DNA of 64,000 bases from an uncultured Gemmatimonadales bacterium (GTDB taxonomy: Bacteria; Gemmatimonadota; Gemmatimonadetes; Longimicrobiales; Gaopeijiaceae): contig CAWGKG010000014.1 of NCBI GenBank assembly GCA_963823035.1, positions 96,001 to 160,000 on the forward strand. The letters run 5' to 3'. A program made the position numbers and the translations under genes. Numbering within the stretch: the stretch's first letter is position 1; the number at the start of each line of letters is the position of its first letter. The notes beneath the pieces were generated by a model that had not been told where the DNA came from, ran no database searches, and worked only from the letters and a program-made list of their open reading frames with translations. Positions 36,255 to 49,675 of the stretch are shown piece after piece.

Positions 36255-37284
36255 TCACGAGGGGCCGTCCGAGCCCAGCACCCGACCGTAGATCTCCTCG
36301 AGCCTCATCGCGAAAGCGTCCATCCCATACTCCCTTACCGCTTCACGGGTCGCGCACGGCTCGGACCGCACTTCCTCAAGACATCGCATTGCTTCGCCGG
36401 GCGTCCCATTGAAGAACCGAAACCCCTGCGTCGGTGCGATGAACCGCACCAGAGCGTCGTAGCGGGTCGTGACCACAGGAATGTTGCAGGCCATCGCCTC
36501 AGACCCATAGCGGCAGATCGAGGCCGCCCACCGCCTCCCGCCGGCGGAAGAACCGCCCCTCGACCGCTGGCATCACCGGGAAGATATAGGCGTCCGCCGC
36601 CTGGTAGATCTTCTGGATATCCGGAACAAACTGCGTGTAGACTCGGCAGCCGGCAGCTTCTAGCGAGGATCGGAGCACCCCTTCCCACGATAGACTCTCG
36701 CTTCCCACGACAACCACCTCGTACCGTTGGCAACGGGCGATGTCAATCAGACTCTCAAGTCGCCGGTCCGTCTTGACATGACCTACGTGCAGAAGCACTG
36801 GCCTCGATCCCAACCCCCACTCCCCTCGGACTCTGGCCCTTTCCTCCGCATTCGCCGCTCTGAAGCGCTCAAGGTCCACCGGATTCGGCATGGGCACCAC
36901 ACGTGAACCTGCCGCCTTGAAAACCCGCTCCCAATAGAAGGCCTGAGAAAGAAAGTACTCGGGCGCCACAAGCGTCAGCAGTCGGCGCCCACTAGGCCCG
37001 AGGGTGGGCCGCGATCCCGTGGCGATCGTAGCAACTCGGCCCCCAGGGCACATCGATAGACCCATAGCGCCAACAGTCCCCGTATCGAGGGCGGTGACGT
37101 AGTGGATCGCCTGGGGTCGCAACCTCCTTGCCAGTGGGAGCGCCCGCCCGCTACAGAACGTCGATGTCGACACCCCAACTACATCATGATTGCGCCTCGC
37201 AACCCGCAGATAGTCCTGAGAGAGCTTGCACATACCCTCGTCAGCCGCCTCCTCGCGAAAATCGCCAACCAACAGCAGCCTCAT
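36255..37284 (-). CDS. Atypical GT4 glycosyltransferase; apparent frameshift near 36500
   Basis: PNPVDLERF; LHVGH; IYQAADAYIFP...LDLPL then EAMACNIPVVTT in ORF 36255..36494. Confidence 0.8.
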
Positions 37285-38657
37285 GCAGCCTCTCCTGCCC
37301 CACCTGCTCCCAGGTTGCCCACTTCCTGACCAGCGTACTGGGGTGCAAGGGTGCGGGAAAGCGCCGGCGCACCTGGCAATGGGGGCACGATGAGCCATAC
37401 GAGAAGGGTCAAGAGCGCAGGCGCATTGTGTTGGTCCGCGAAGGCGCCACTTGCCGGTACAGCGCAAAGAAACGAAGCGAGCGCTAGCCAGAACGGTGAG
37501 TGCCGCCTCCTCGCCTCCCCAACCGCAAAGACCATGGTCCGAACCAGGAGCCACACGAACAAGACTAGAGAGACCAAACCCCCGTAGAGCACGAGGGCCA
37601 GGTACAGGTTGTCCACCAGCAGGCCCTGGGTAGTCGGAAACCTCTCATTAGCGATAAGTCCCGTACCGAAGACCGCATTGAGCCAGGATGCACTGATATC
37701 GCTCAGCGCCCTGGCCCAATGAACGAGTCGCGCATAGAAGGACGAGCTGTCCAAGATGCCCGCTCCCACCGGCCCTGACACCAGCGCCAGATACACCGCA
37801 CCCACAGTGGCTATGATCCCGATGCTGACCATAGCGGCCACAATGATGCCGGGGCGCTGACGGCTGTTCGCGATCAAATAGATCGCCAGGAGACTGATCG
37901 CCGCTTGCAGGTACACGCTGCGCGTCAGGGTCGCATAGATGGAATACATCCCCACGACGAGAAACAGAGCGGTAGCAAGCCGACCGGTGACGGACCTCAC
38001 GTGTCCTACCATCCAGGTAGCAGCGGCGAGTAGGACCCCGAACAAGGCATACTCACCGAATGCCCATCCCGAAGTGAAGATGCTATTGGCTCGGCGCCCG
38101 CCGACGACGAATTCTACGGAGATCAGCGAAGATACCGCGCATCGGGATCGAGCTCGGGGAGAATGCTACTCCCCGTCAGGTGCTGGGCAGCGCCCAGTGC
38201 GAGAATCGGGACTGCAAGAACGAGAAAGATGACGGCGGCCCTCGTCATATCCTCGTCCCTGCCCCTCACTCCCATAGGTTGCTCCCGCAGGCACGTAAAT
38301 GATTGCCGCAAGAAGGAACCAGAAGAAGTACATCACGTTCATAGAAAACGCGAGGTAAGTTGCATCGTATCGGAAGCGAATAGCGACAACGACTGCATCC
38401 ACGATCGAGTAGGCAAGTAGCGCCACTAGAGGTACCATCAGGCCAGCAGTGCCGGGGGTGCGCCTCATGCGGGTAATCATCGCGCCCACGAACAGCCACA
38501 ATGCAGCCACGGCCGCCGCCACGATCCTAAGGTGCACGCTGTACAGGATAACCCGACCCCACAGGGCATACTGGAGGTAGGCCACGCCGCCGAACAACCA
38601 GATCAGGGCCACCAGGGGAGCCAATACGCCGCGCATGAACGCCGGAGTCGACGACAC
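37281..38657 (-). CDS. wzy: Wzy/O-antigen-ligase-like multi-TM polymerase; apparent frameshifts near 38120 and 38270
   Basis: Many TM segments; TLTRS; SSFYARL...W...FGTG...VDNLYL...GGL motifs. Confidence 0.7.
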
Positions 38658-38751
38658 CTGCTATCTCCTCAGCGACCCAAGGGCGCTACAGCCGCGTGTG
38701 CCATGCCGGCTTGGATCGGCGGGGCGGTATCGAGGGGCGACCGAGGAATCC

Positions 38752-39781
38752 TCATGACCCACGTCCCTCATTGGTCTGGAAGACAGCGCACATGCAGGTC
38801 CCCCGTGACCCGAGCCTGATCCAACGCCTGCGATTCATGAGGCGGACAATCTGCACGAGTCCTGCCATTCCGAGCGTTGCCGCAGTCCGCTTAACAAGAC
38901 GCCGTATCGCGCTTCCATGCCGAAGGACGCTACGATCCGCCCCCATACGCGCAACGCGGGAAGCCACTCCCCCCGGTGGAGGGCGTCTCACCGTCACAAT
39001 CCGACCTTGGTAGTAGTCCGAGAAATCCACCAGGTCCACAGTGCAGGACAACCGCTGGGCGAGCATCTGGAACGAGGCCTCGGAGAACCACCACAGATGC
39101 ACTGGCGGCGGTTCGGTCTCCCAAAGCACGTCATCCTCATACAGCGACCGGTTGGGGGTCGTGACAATCAGGCAACCGCCCGAGCGCACCATCGAGAGGA
39201 GGACGGGAACAAGTCGAGGTGCGTCTGGCAAGTGCTCCACCACCTCGGTCGCAACTAGGACGTCATATGTACGCGGCGAGTCCTTGGCGAACGACCGGAT
39301 ATCGGCGCAGACATAGTACGGCCCGTAGCGGTCTGAAGCGGCCTCGACAGCTTCGGACGAAATGTCCACTCCTGTACATTCGTAGCCGGCTCGATTCAGG
39401 GCATAGGTCAGATACCCGAAGCCACTCCCCACATCAAGGACGCGCGCTTTAGGAGGAAGCCGGCGCCCCACTAAGACTCGCCTTACCGCCCAGTACATCT
39501 CCTCGCTGTTGGCGAGCTCACCAAGCGGATCCGGGCAGTGAAGCACCCGCTCCGCATACGCCGCGTACCTCGCGTATCCCGGCACCTCCGATGCCTGTTG
39601 GTAGATGCGGTCGTAGAGAAGGATCCAACTGCTGTGGCTCGGCAAACGACACCTTGCAGACGCTGCAAGCTGCAATCGTGGCGTAGCTCCCTTCCACATA
39701 CCCCGGCTGAGAGTCACTAGCTACCCGGACCCCACCTCCACATACAGGGCACTGTTGCTTCTCCCCGCCCTTCCTCCTCAC
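38752..39781 (-). CDS. Class I SAM-dependent methyltransferase with N-terminal Zn ribbon; apparent frameshift near 39635
   Basis: CPVC...CSVC; VLDVGSGFG; EVVEHL; TTPN; PPVHLWWFS. Confidence 0.85.
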
Positions 39782-41298
39782 TGGACCTCCATGTCGGATT
39801 GGGCTCGCGTGCGGATGCCGGTCCCGGCTGCGCCGCTCATTGCGGGCCTAGCTTCGGTCGGTTCCTGCATCGGGTACGATCTCATGACTCGACGCAACAT
39901 GTACAAGACGCCACTCAACAAGGTGCCGGCGAGAAGCCACGACAGTGGCGCCGTTGCGCGCACCACCGCAAGCATCAGCAGCAATGAAGTCGCAACCGCG
40001 AGCACCGATCGCCATGTCCGCCCCGCACTGGTCCTGATCACCGTCGCAGACACGATCATCAATCCTATGGACTCGATCGTGACGCGGGCCAGGACGGCGT
40101 ACGCAGCACCCATGAGTCCATTTGCCGGAATCGCAAAGACCAAGGTCATCGCATAGAGGGGCAGTTCCGCGAGCATGAAGGTCGCCACCGCACGGGCCGC
40201 TCCCGAGGCTTGAAGAAGGGCGAACGGCACGAAGGCTAGCGAGTTGAGGAAGAAGGCCACGGCCAGGATCTCCAGAACCCGCCCGCCCCCGGATGCGAAC
40301 GCCGGCCCGAGCCAGACACCGAGCAGGAACCTCCCGGCCAGTATGGCGACGAGGGCTATCGGGAGCGTCGCAGCTGCGACGTAGGCGCTCGCGTGGATGA
40401 ACAGACTAGCTCGTTCATCCGGATCCGTGCGGGACAGGCCGCTGAAGGCAGGGAATACCGCCAACAGCACAGCGTTCGGCACCACCCACAGCTTCGAGAC
40501 CATCTCTGCGGGCGTAGTATAGAAGGCCACACGCCCGAGGGGCACGAACGAAGCGAGCATGAGGCGATCCATACTCACAAGCAGCGGATTCACGACGTTG
40601 GTAACCGTAATCCATGATCCGTAGTGCAACGCTTCGCGCGCGATCGGCCAGGACAGACCACCGGAGCGACTCATGCTTCCGATCTCGCGCCGCACGGCAA
40701 TGCCGTACAAGACGCAAGCCAAGAGCCGAGTGGCCAACAAACCACCAACGACGAGATCCAGCCGAGGCGATATCCACGCCAATCCGAGCGGGGCAGCGTA
40801 GTTCAGGGCGCCGACGGGAATACGGACGGAGTTCACCAGTCTGAATCGCTGATGTGCCTCCAGAACACCTCGAAAGCCAGAACTCAGCACCACGAGCGGA
40901 ACGGACGCTGCCAAGACGCGCACAGCGGACACCGCGCCTACGACCTCACCTTGGATCTCGAACATCAATCGAACGACGGCCGACGCCGAGAACGCCAGCG
41001 AGACTCCAAGCACCACCCCGATCGTGAGCAGGACCATCGAGCCGGTGGCGACGATCGCGGGAATCTCTTCGACTTCCTTCGTTGCCAAACGCTCGGCCAC
41101 CATCTTGGTAAGCGTCCGACCAATGCCGAGGTCCAGGACTCCGATGTATCCGACGAGCACCCAAACGACGGTCAGAAAGCCGAACTTCTCGGTACCCAGT
41201 GCCTGGACAAGCTGAGGGATCGTCACCAGGGCGACCGCAAGCGGTGCTCCCTGACCGATCAGGTTGTAGCCGGAGTTGCGGAGCAGGGCCTTTCTCAC
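39778..41298 (-). CDS. wzx: Wzx flippase (MOP family)
   Basis: LLRNSGYNL; LGTEKFG; DLGIG; MDRLML; multiple TMs. Confidence 0.9.
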   Translation of the reverse strand: MRKALLRNSGYNLIGQGAPLAVALVTIPQLVQALGTEKFGFLTVVWVLVGYIGVLDLGIGRTLTKMVAERLATKEVEEIPAIVATGSMVLLTIGVVLGVSLAFSASAVVRLMFEIQGEVVGAVSAVRVLAASVPLVVLSSGFRGVLEAHQRFRLVNSVRIPVGALNYAAPLGLAWISPRLDLVVGGLLATRLLACVLYGIAVRREIGSMSRSGGLSWPIAREALHYGSWITVTNVVNPLLVSMDRLMLASFVPLGRVAFYTTPAEMVSKLWVVPNAVLLAVFPAFSGLSRTDPDERASLFIHASAYVAAATLPIALVAILAGRFLLGVWLGPAFASGGGRVLEILAVAFFLNSLAFVPFALLQASGAARAVATFMLAELPLYAMTLVFAIPANGLMGAAYAVLARVTIESIGLMIVSATVIRTSAGRTWRSVLAVATSLLLMLAVVRATAPLSWLLAGTLLSGVLYMLRRVMRSYPMQEPTEARPAMSGAAGTGIRTRAQSDMEVQ

Positions 41299-41393
41299 AT
41301 CCGGTCCATGCTCGGGCCACCACGAGCATGTTGTCTGGGCCGTCCTGGCGACGGAGGCAATGCCCGAAACGAGAGGCCGCTAGCGCGCATACC

Positions 41394-42380
41394 TCAGCCG
41401 TTCTCCCCGCGTGTCGTGGATCGATTGAAAGGCATCAAGTACCAAGCCATTTCGTACGCGAGGGCACGCCAACCGAGCCCTCGAGCCTCCGAAACAAGAA
41501 GGTTGGCATAGGCAAATGCACTGAGCCACCGCCGCCACCAGGGGAGGCAGGCCAGATTCCGGAATCGCCCAATGGTCTCGTCGTGCTTCCGTGCAAGAAG
41601 TGCCTCAGAGATCACGATTCGCCTAGCCGTCCGCCATCGCGCGTACCGCAAAGGCGGCAGACCTCTCGTGGACATCCGAGCGGCAACCCCGAACGCTCCC
41701 CCGCCGACAGCGCCGAGGGTATTGCCCCCATGCTGACGGTACAGGAGCGTCGACTCGCGGATATACCCAACGCCTCCCAACACCGCTGCACGGGTGATCA
41801 CCCACCAATCGTGCATTGCGATCCCAGCCGGAAACGGCAAGACGTCTGGGATGATTACCGATCTTCCCAGGACCGTACAGCCGATGGCGGGATTCCTGAG
41901 AACGAGCGGGAATGGGTTTGCCCCCCCGACGGGCTGGATGTGGCTCAACCTCCAGATCGAATCAGCAATCACTCTCAGCTTCTCGTCCACCACCGTGGCA
42001 TCTGAGTAGACCGCGGCATCCCCGGTGCGACTGACATGAGCGACCTGTCGTTCGACCTTCTTCGGCAGCCACACGTCATCTTGGTCGGCGAAGCAGAAGA
42101 ACGGCTCTTCCACGCCTCCCAGAAGTCGCTCGAAGGTAGGGATCACACCGAGATTGACCGGATTCCGGTTCAAACGAATCCTGCTGTCTTCCCTGGCACA
42201 GCTTTCCAGTTTCTCGTACGTACCATCTGTCGAACAGTCGTCCACCACATGAATCAGCAGATTCTCGTGCGTCTGAGCACGAAGACTCTGGATCATTTCG
42301 TCGAGGAACCGTTCGCCGTTGTATGTGGCAAGCAAGACCGCAACGGTCAAATCGGGATGCGCGGCCCCCTTGACGTTCAC
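41394..42380 (-). CDS. Glycosyltransferase family 2 (rhamnosyltransferase-like)
   Basis: LATYNGERF; DDCSTD; FADQDDVW; MHDWW; YRQHGGN. Confidence 0.9.
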   Translation of the reverse strand: MNVKGAAHPDLTVAVLLATYNGERFLDEMIQSLRAQTHENLLIHVVDDCSTDGTYEKLESCAREDSRIRLNRNPVNLGVIPTFERLLGGVEEPFFCFADQDDVWLPKKVERQVAHVSRTGDAAVYSDATVVDEKLRVIADSIWRLSHIQPVGGANPFPLVLRNPAIGCTVLGRSVIIPDVLPFPAGIAMHDWWVITRAAVLGGVGYIRESTLLYRQHGGNTLGAVGGGAFGVAARMSTRGLPPLRYARWRTARRIVISEALLARKHDETIGRFRNLACLPWWRRWLSAFAYANLLVSEARGLGWRALAYEMAWYLMPFNRSTTRGENG

Positions 42381-42750
42381 CGAGAGCTCCTCAAGTGCGC
42401 CAACGACGCGCCCGCCCGGTCAATCGCCCACCGACGTTGGGCGGGCCATGGTACCTCGATAGAGCGATCACTGAGACTTCCGGCCGCGCTCCGGATGGGA
42501 CGCCACCATCCGGCATCTGCACCCTCGGCACTGTGGAGCCGGACGATACAAGAGTAGGCATGCGCAGCCCGTCCAGCATGAGTGAGTGGCGCAGGTCACG
42601 AGGAACCGAGTTGGCCCTCGTAGACTTGCAGCGCTATCTGGATCCCAGGATCCGCCGCTCAGCTGGGCCCGTGGTCATCCGCCGGCCTGCGGTGGTCGGT
42701 CCGTGCGGCTACAACGCCCGCCAGTCTGGCTTCCCCCTTCCGACCCTCCC

Positions 42751-42971
42751 CTAACTTTCCGTGGCACTTCTTGTGTTTCTTCCCACTCCCACACGGGCAC
42801 GGATCGTTGCGGTCCGGGCTCCTTCTCGGCCGTCACCGGTTGCCGATTGCGCTCCTCGCCATCCCGAGCTCGTCCGCGCCCTGTCGGCCCTGGCCGGGCT
42901 GGCGACGACGTCCGACCGCATTTCTCGGTGCCGATCATCAGGAACGCAGGCAGGTGCTGGACGGCAGTCAT
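42751..42971 (-). pseudogene. Chimeric remnant: sulfotransferase N-terminus fused to a diverged copy of the secA 3' end (SEC-C)
   Basis: LPAFLMIGTEKCGRTS resembles the 5'-PSB loop; followed by ...[28 protein letters not shown] matching 45480-45710. Confidence 0.7.
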
Positions 42972-43291
42972 GGGACGGACGATGCTCGAAGCGTGTGGCT
43001 CGAAAGGTTGACGAGGAGACGCCGCAGCAAGGTAGGGGACGCTTCACAGCGCCGCGAGCGAAAGCGTCCCATCCAGCTATGGGATAGCAGCCAGGCCGGG
43101 GCTACGTTTCTTCGGTGTATGTTCGGTTTCGGCGGGCAGCGCTTCTCGGTTGTGCCCGCGCCGGCTCTCGCAGACAGCTGCACTCCCACGGAGATCCGCT
43201 CTTGGTTCGCTTCTCTCCAGAATGGCACCCCATCCCGGGCCCAGGCATCCGCCTCGTGCGCGAGGCGCCTCCACCCTTCGCTGCATATGGA

Positions 43292-44730
43292 ATGCCAGGC
43301 AGTCCCGGCCGCGGTTCCGCGACCCCGGCGTCGCCCACCCCGGACCCGCCCTCCCCCGACCCCTTCCACGACGCCGACGCGCTCGACGAGCTGGGGGACG
43401 AGATCGCCACGCTGGCAGGCCATATCCACGCGGCCACGCAGAGACTGCTCGAGCTCCTCGCCGAGTTCGACCGACGCCGCGGCTGGGAGATCGGGGGTCA
43501 CCGCTCGTGCGCCCACTGGCTCGCTTTCCGCACGGGCATCGACCTGGGCGCGGCGCGCGAACGGGTGCGTGCGGCGCGGGCGCTGGTGGAGCTCCCCGAG
43601 ACACGGGCCCGCATGGCGAGGGGCGAACTGTCCTTCGCCCAGGTTCGCGCGCTCACGCGCGTGGCGACGCCCGAGAACGAGGCGAAGCTCCTGGACTTCG
43701 CAGTGGGGAGCACGGCCGCGCAGCTCGAGCGGTTCGTGCGTGGCTGGAAGGTCGGGAGCCGACAGGACGAGGCCGCGTTCGAGCGCGCACGGCACGAGAG
43801 CCGGAGCCTGTCCGTCTTTCCTCGCGACGACGGGATGTACGTGGTCAAGGGTACGCTGGAGCCAGAGGTCGGCGCGCTGCTGATGCGAGCGCTGGAGGCG
43901 GCCGGCGACCAGATCTTCCGGGTCGAGGGCCCGCCGGCCGAGCTGGAGTCCGAAGAGGAGTCGCGTCGCGCGGCGGCGCAGCGGCGCGCGGACGCAATGG
44001 GGCTCCTGGCCGAGCGGGCGTTGGCGGCGGGGTTCGGCCACCGACACGGACGCCGCCAGGAAAGACGAAGCCGACGACGACGATCCGAATGGGGTTCCCG
44101 TCAGCGGCTCCCGAGCCGAGCGCTACCAGGTGGTCCTGCACGTGGACGCGCAGACGCTCTCGGCCGACGGCGAGCCGGAGCGCTCCGAGCTCGATGACGG
44201 CACACGCGTTTCCGCGGAAACGTCTCGACGCCTCTCCTGCGACACGGCGCTGGTGCGAATGGAGCACGGTCCGGGGGGAACGATCCTCGACGTCGGCCGC
44301 CGGACGCGCACGATCCCTCCCGCCCTTCGTCGCGCCCTCGAGGCGCGCGACCGGGGATGCCGCTTCCCGGGATGCGGCCTGCGCTTCACCGACGGCCACC
44401 ACGTGAAGCATTGGGCCGACGGGGGCGAGACGTCACTTGGGAACTGCCTTCTCCTGTGCCACCATCACCACCGCCTCGTGCACGAGGGCGGATGGCGCAT
44501 CGTCTGGTGGGGTGAGGGCCGGCCGGTGTTCATCGACCCGCGTGGCGGGGAGCATTTCGACGGTCGCTGGAAGCCCCCGACCACCGGCCCGCGGCCCGTC
44601 GAGACGCTGATCGCCCAGAACCGGAGCCGCCGCAGTCGACCCGGACGCCTGGACGGCCTCCGCGCGCTGGAGGCGTGAGCGCGAGGTGCCCGACGAGGTC
44701 CTCTTCGGAGCGATGGAGGCTCTTGGCTGA
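43292..44730 (+). CDS. DUF222 + C-terminal HNH endonuclease (13E12-repeat-like); apparent frameshifts near 44050-44100 and 44635
   Basis: LAEFDRRRGW...SCAHWL; RRADA; RRLSCD; ILDVGRRTR; RDRGCRFPGC; HHVKHWADGG...NCLLLCHHHHRLVHEG. Confidence 0.88.
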
Positions 44731-44765
44731 AGGGCGGTGGCGGCCGCTGTCCTGGCGTAGCCGCG

Positions 44766-45179
44766 TCAAGCATCGCGCGGAACGAGCTTCGGCGCGCCCC
44801 GGAGCTTCACCGCGCCGAAGTCCCTCAGGTCCAGCGTCGCGATGGCTTCGACCCCCAACCGCTCGGCCATCGCCATCACGACCGCGTCGGTCATGCCCAG
44901 GTCGAGATCCCGGTACGCTTCGCAAAGCTCGCTCGCTCGAACGAGGTCCGTAGGCTCCCCCCAGCCGATGACGAACGCACCGCTCGCGAGATCAGCGACG
45001 AATGCCCGCTCCACCTCTCCGCCCAGGTGGGAGAGGATGAGGTAGTCGACCTCTGGCAGGATCGCCCACGGAAGGACCCAGCCCTGTGGATCCGCATCGA
45101 ACAGGGCGACCATCTGCTCGTGATGGGGATCGTCCGCGTCGATGAGCGCCACGACGGCGCCGGTGTCGGCGACCGTCAA
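44766..45179 (-). CDS. vapC: PIN-domain toxin (VapC family)
   Basis: ADTG...EVDY...LGMTDA...IATLDLRDF acidic PIN residues. Confidence 0.9.
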   Translation of the reverse strand: MTVADTGAVVALIDADDPHHEQMVALFDADPQGWVLPWAILPEVDYLILSHLGGEVERAFVADLASGAFVIGWGEPTDLVRASELCEAYRDLDLGMTDAVVMAMAERLGVEAIATLDLRDFGAVKLRGAPKLVPRDA

Positions 45180-45415
45180 TCCCCTCGACCCAGTCCTTCC
45201 AGCAACTCCTCGGCCCGATCGGAGAGGTTCTTCCCGCCGCTGCGTCCCGCGCTGATGCTCCGCGGTCGGGGCCTGGCCGCGGCAGACCTGTGGGCGTACT
45301 CCGAGACGGCCTCGCGCACCATCTCCGCGGCGGTGCGGCCGTCGCGGTCCGCGAGGAGCTTCAGGCGCTCGTAGTCCGCCGCGTCCAGGTACACGGTGGT
45401 CTTGATCGTAGGCAT
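45176..45415 (-). CDS. vapB: CopG/ribbon-helix-helix antitoxin
   Basis: KTTVYLD...AEMVREAV RHH; 4-nt overlap with the PIN gene. Confidence 0.85.
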   Translation of the reverse strand: MPTIKTTVYLDAADYERLKLLADRDGRTAAEMVREAVSEYAHRSAAARPRPRSISAGRSGGKNLSDRAEELLEGLGRGD

Positions 45416-45426
45416 GACATAGGGTA

Positions 45427-45439
45427 TATGGCAGCCATA
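45427..45439. promoter_or_regulatory. Palindromic operator upstream of the antitoxin
   Basis: tatggc-a-gccata perfect inverted repeat about 12 nt before the vapB ATG. Confidence 0.55.
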
Positions 45440-45469
45440 CGTTCGGTCAAGGCCGGAGCGCTCGCCGAC

Positions 45470-48822
<3,353 letters not shown>

Positions 48823-48868
48823 GGAGCAACACTTGGAGGATCGTAAACCCGGATTCAGAGCAGGCCGT

Positions 48869-48874
48869 ATTATA
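48869..48874 (-). promoter_or_regulatory. Consensus -10 box (TATAAT) upstream of secA
   Basis: attata on the + strand, 47 nt upstream of the secA ATG, in a high-GC context. Confidence 0.5.
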
Positions 48875-49037
48875 CTCGGAAGCCGCCCGGAAGATCACCC
48901 TCCGCGCCCGATGGACCTTTCGCCGGCCCCGCGTTGTTGGGGGCGAGGCGCGGGTAGTACATTACCCGCTCGTTTTCTCCGGCGCCCGAACGCCGCCTCG
49001 ACCCTGTGTCTCAAGGGCTTATCGCATTCCGCATCTT

Positions 49038-49661
49038 GTGAGAATTCATCTGTTTACGCTCGCGCTCGCGATGAGCTTCGCGCTCCCGACCGGTGGTTAC
49101 GCGCAGACCGTGTCGGAGGCGAGTGCCGGCGCCGGGCAGCTGCGACCGGGCGACGTGGTGCGGCTGCGGATCTGGCGCGAGCCGGACATGTCGGGTGAGT
49201 TCACGGTGGACGAGACGGGCGTGGTGGTCTTCCCCCGCGTCGGTGAGTACAACGTCCTGCGAGGACACGCCGGAGTCGCTCGAGCCAGCGCCTCCAGGCC
49301 GACTACCGCATCTACCTGGTCAACCCGTCGATCGAGGTCACGGTGCTGCGCCGCGTGCGCATCATGGGGGCCGTGAACCGGCCGGGGCTCTTCCCGGTGG
49401 ACCCCACGATCACCGTGGCCGACGCGCTCGCGATGGCGGGCGGAGCCACGCCGCTCGGCGACCCGGACAAGCTCCAGGTCCTCCGCAACGGGTCGCGCAT
49501 CGACGTGGACGTCAGCCAGGACACGCGCATCGCCGACTCCCCGATCCAGTCCGGGAGATCAGCTCTGGGTGCCGGAGCGTAGCTGGTTCGCCCGCAACAC
49601 CGGCATCGTGGCGGCCGCCATCACCGGCGCCGTGACCCTCCTCGCCGTTCTGCTCCGGTGA
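49038..49661 (+). CDS. wza: Polysaccharide export protein (Wza-like, Poly_export + SLBB); several apparent frameshifts
   Basis: LRPGDVVRLRIWREPDMSGEFTVD; VRIMGAVNRPGLF; ALAMAGG; upstream of wzc. Confidence 0.75.
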
Positions 49662-49675
49662 GGCCCGCCCACGCC

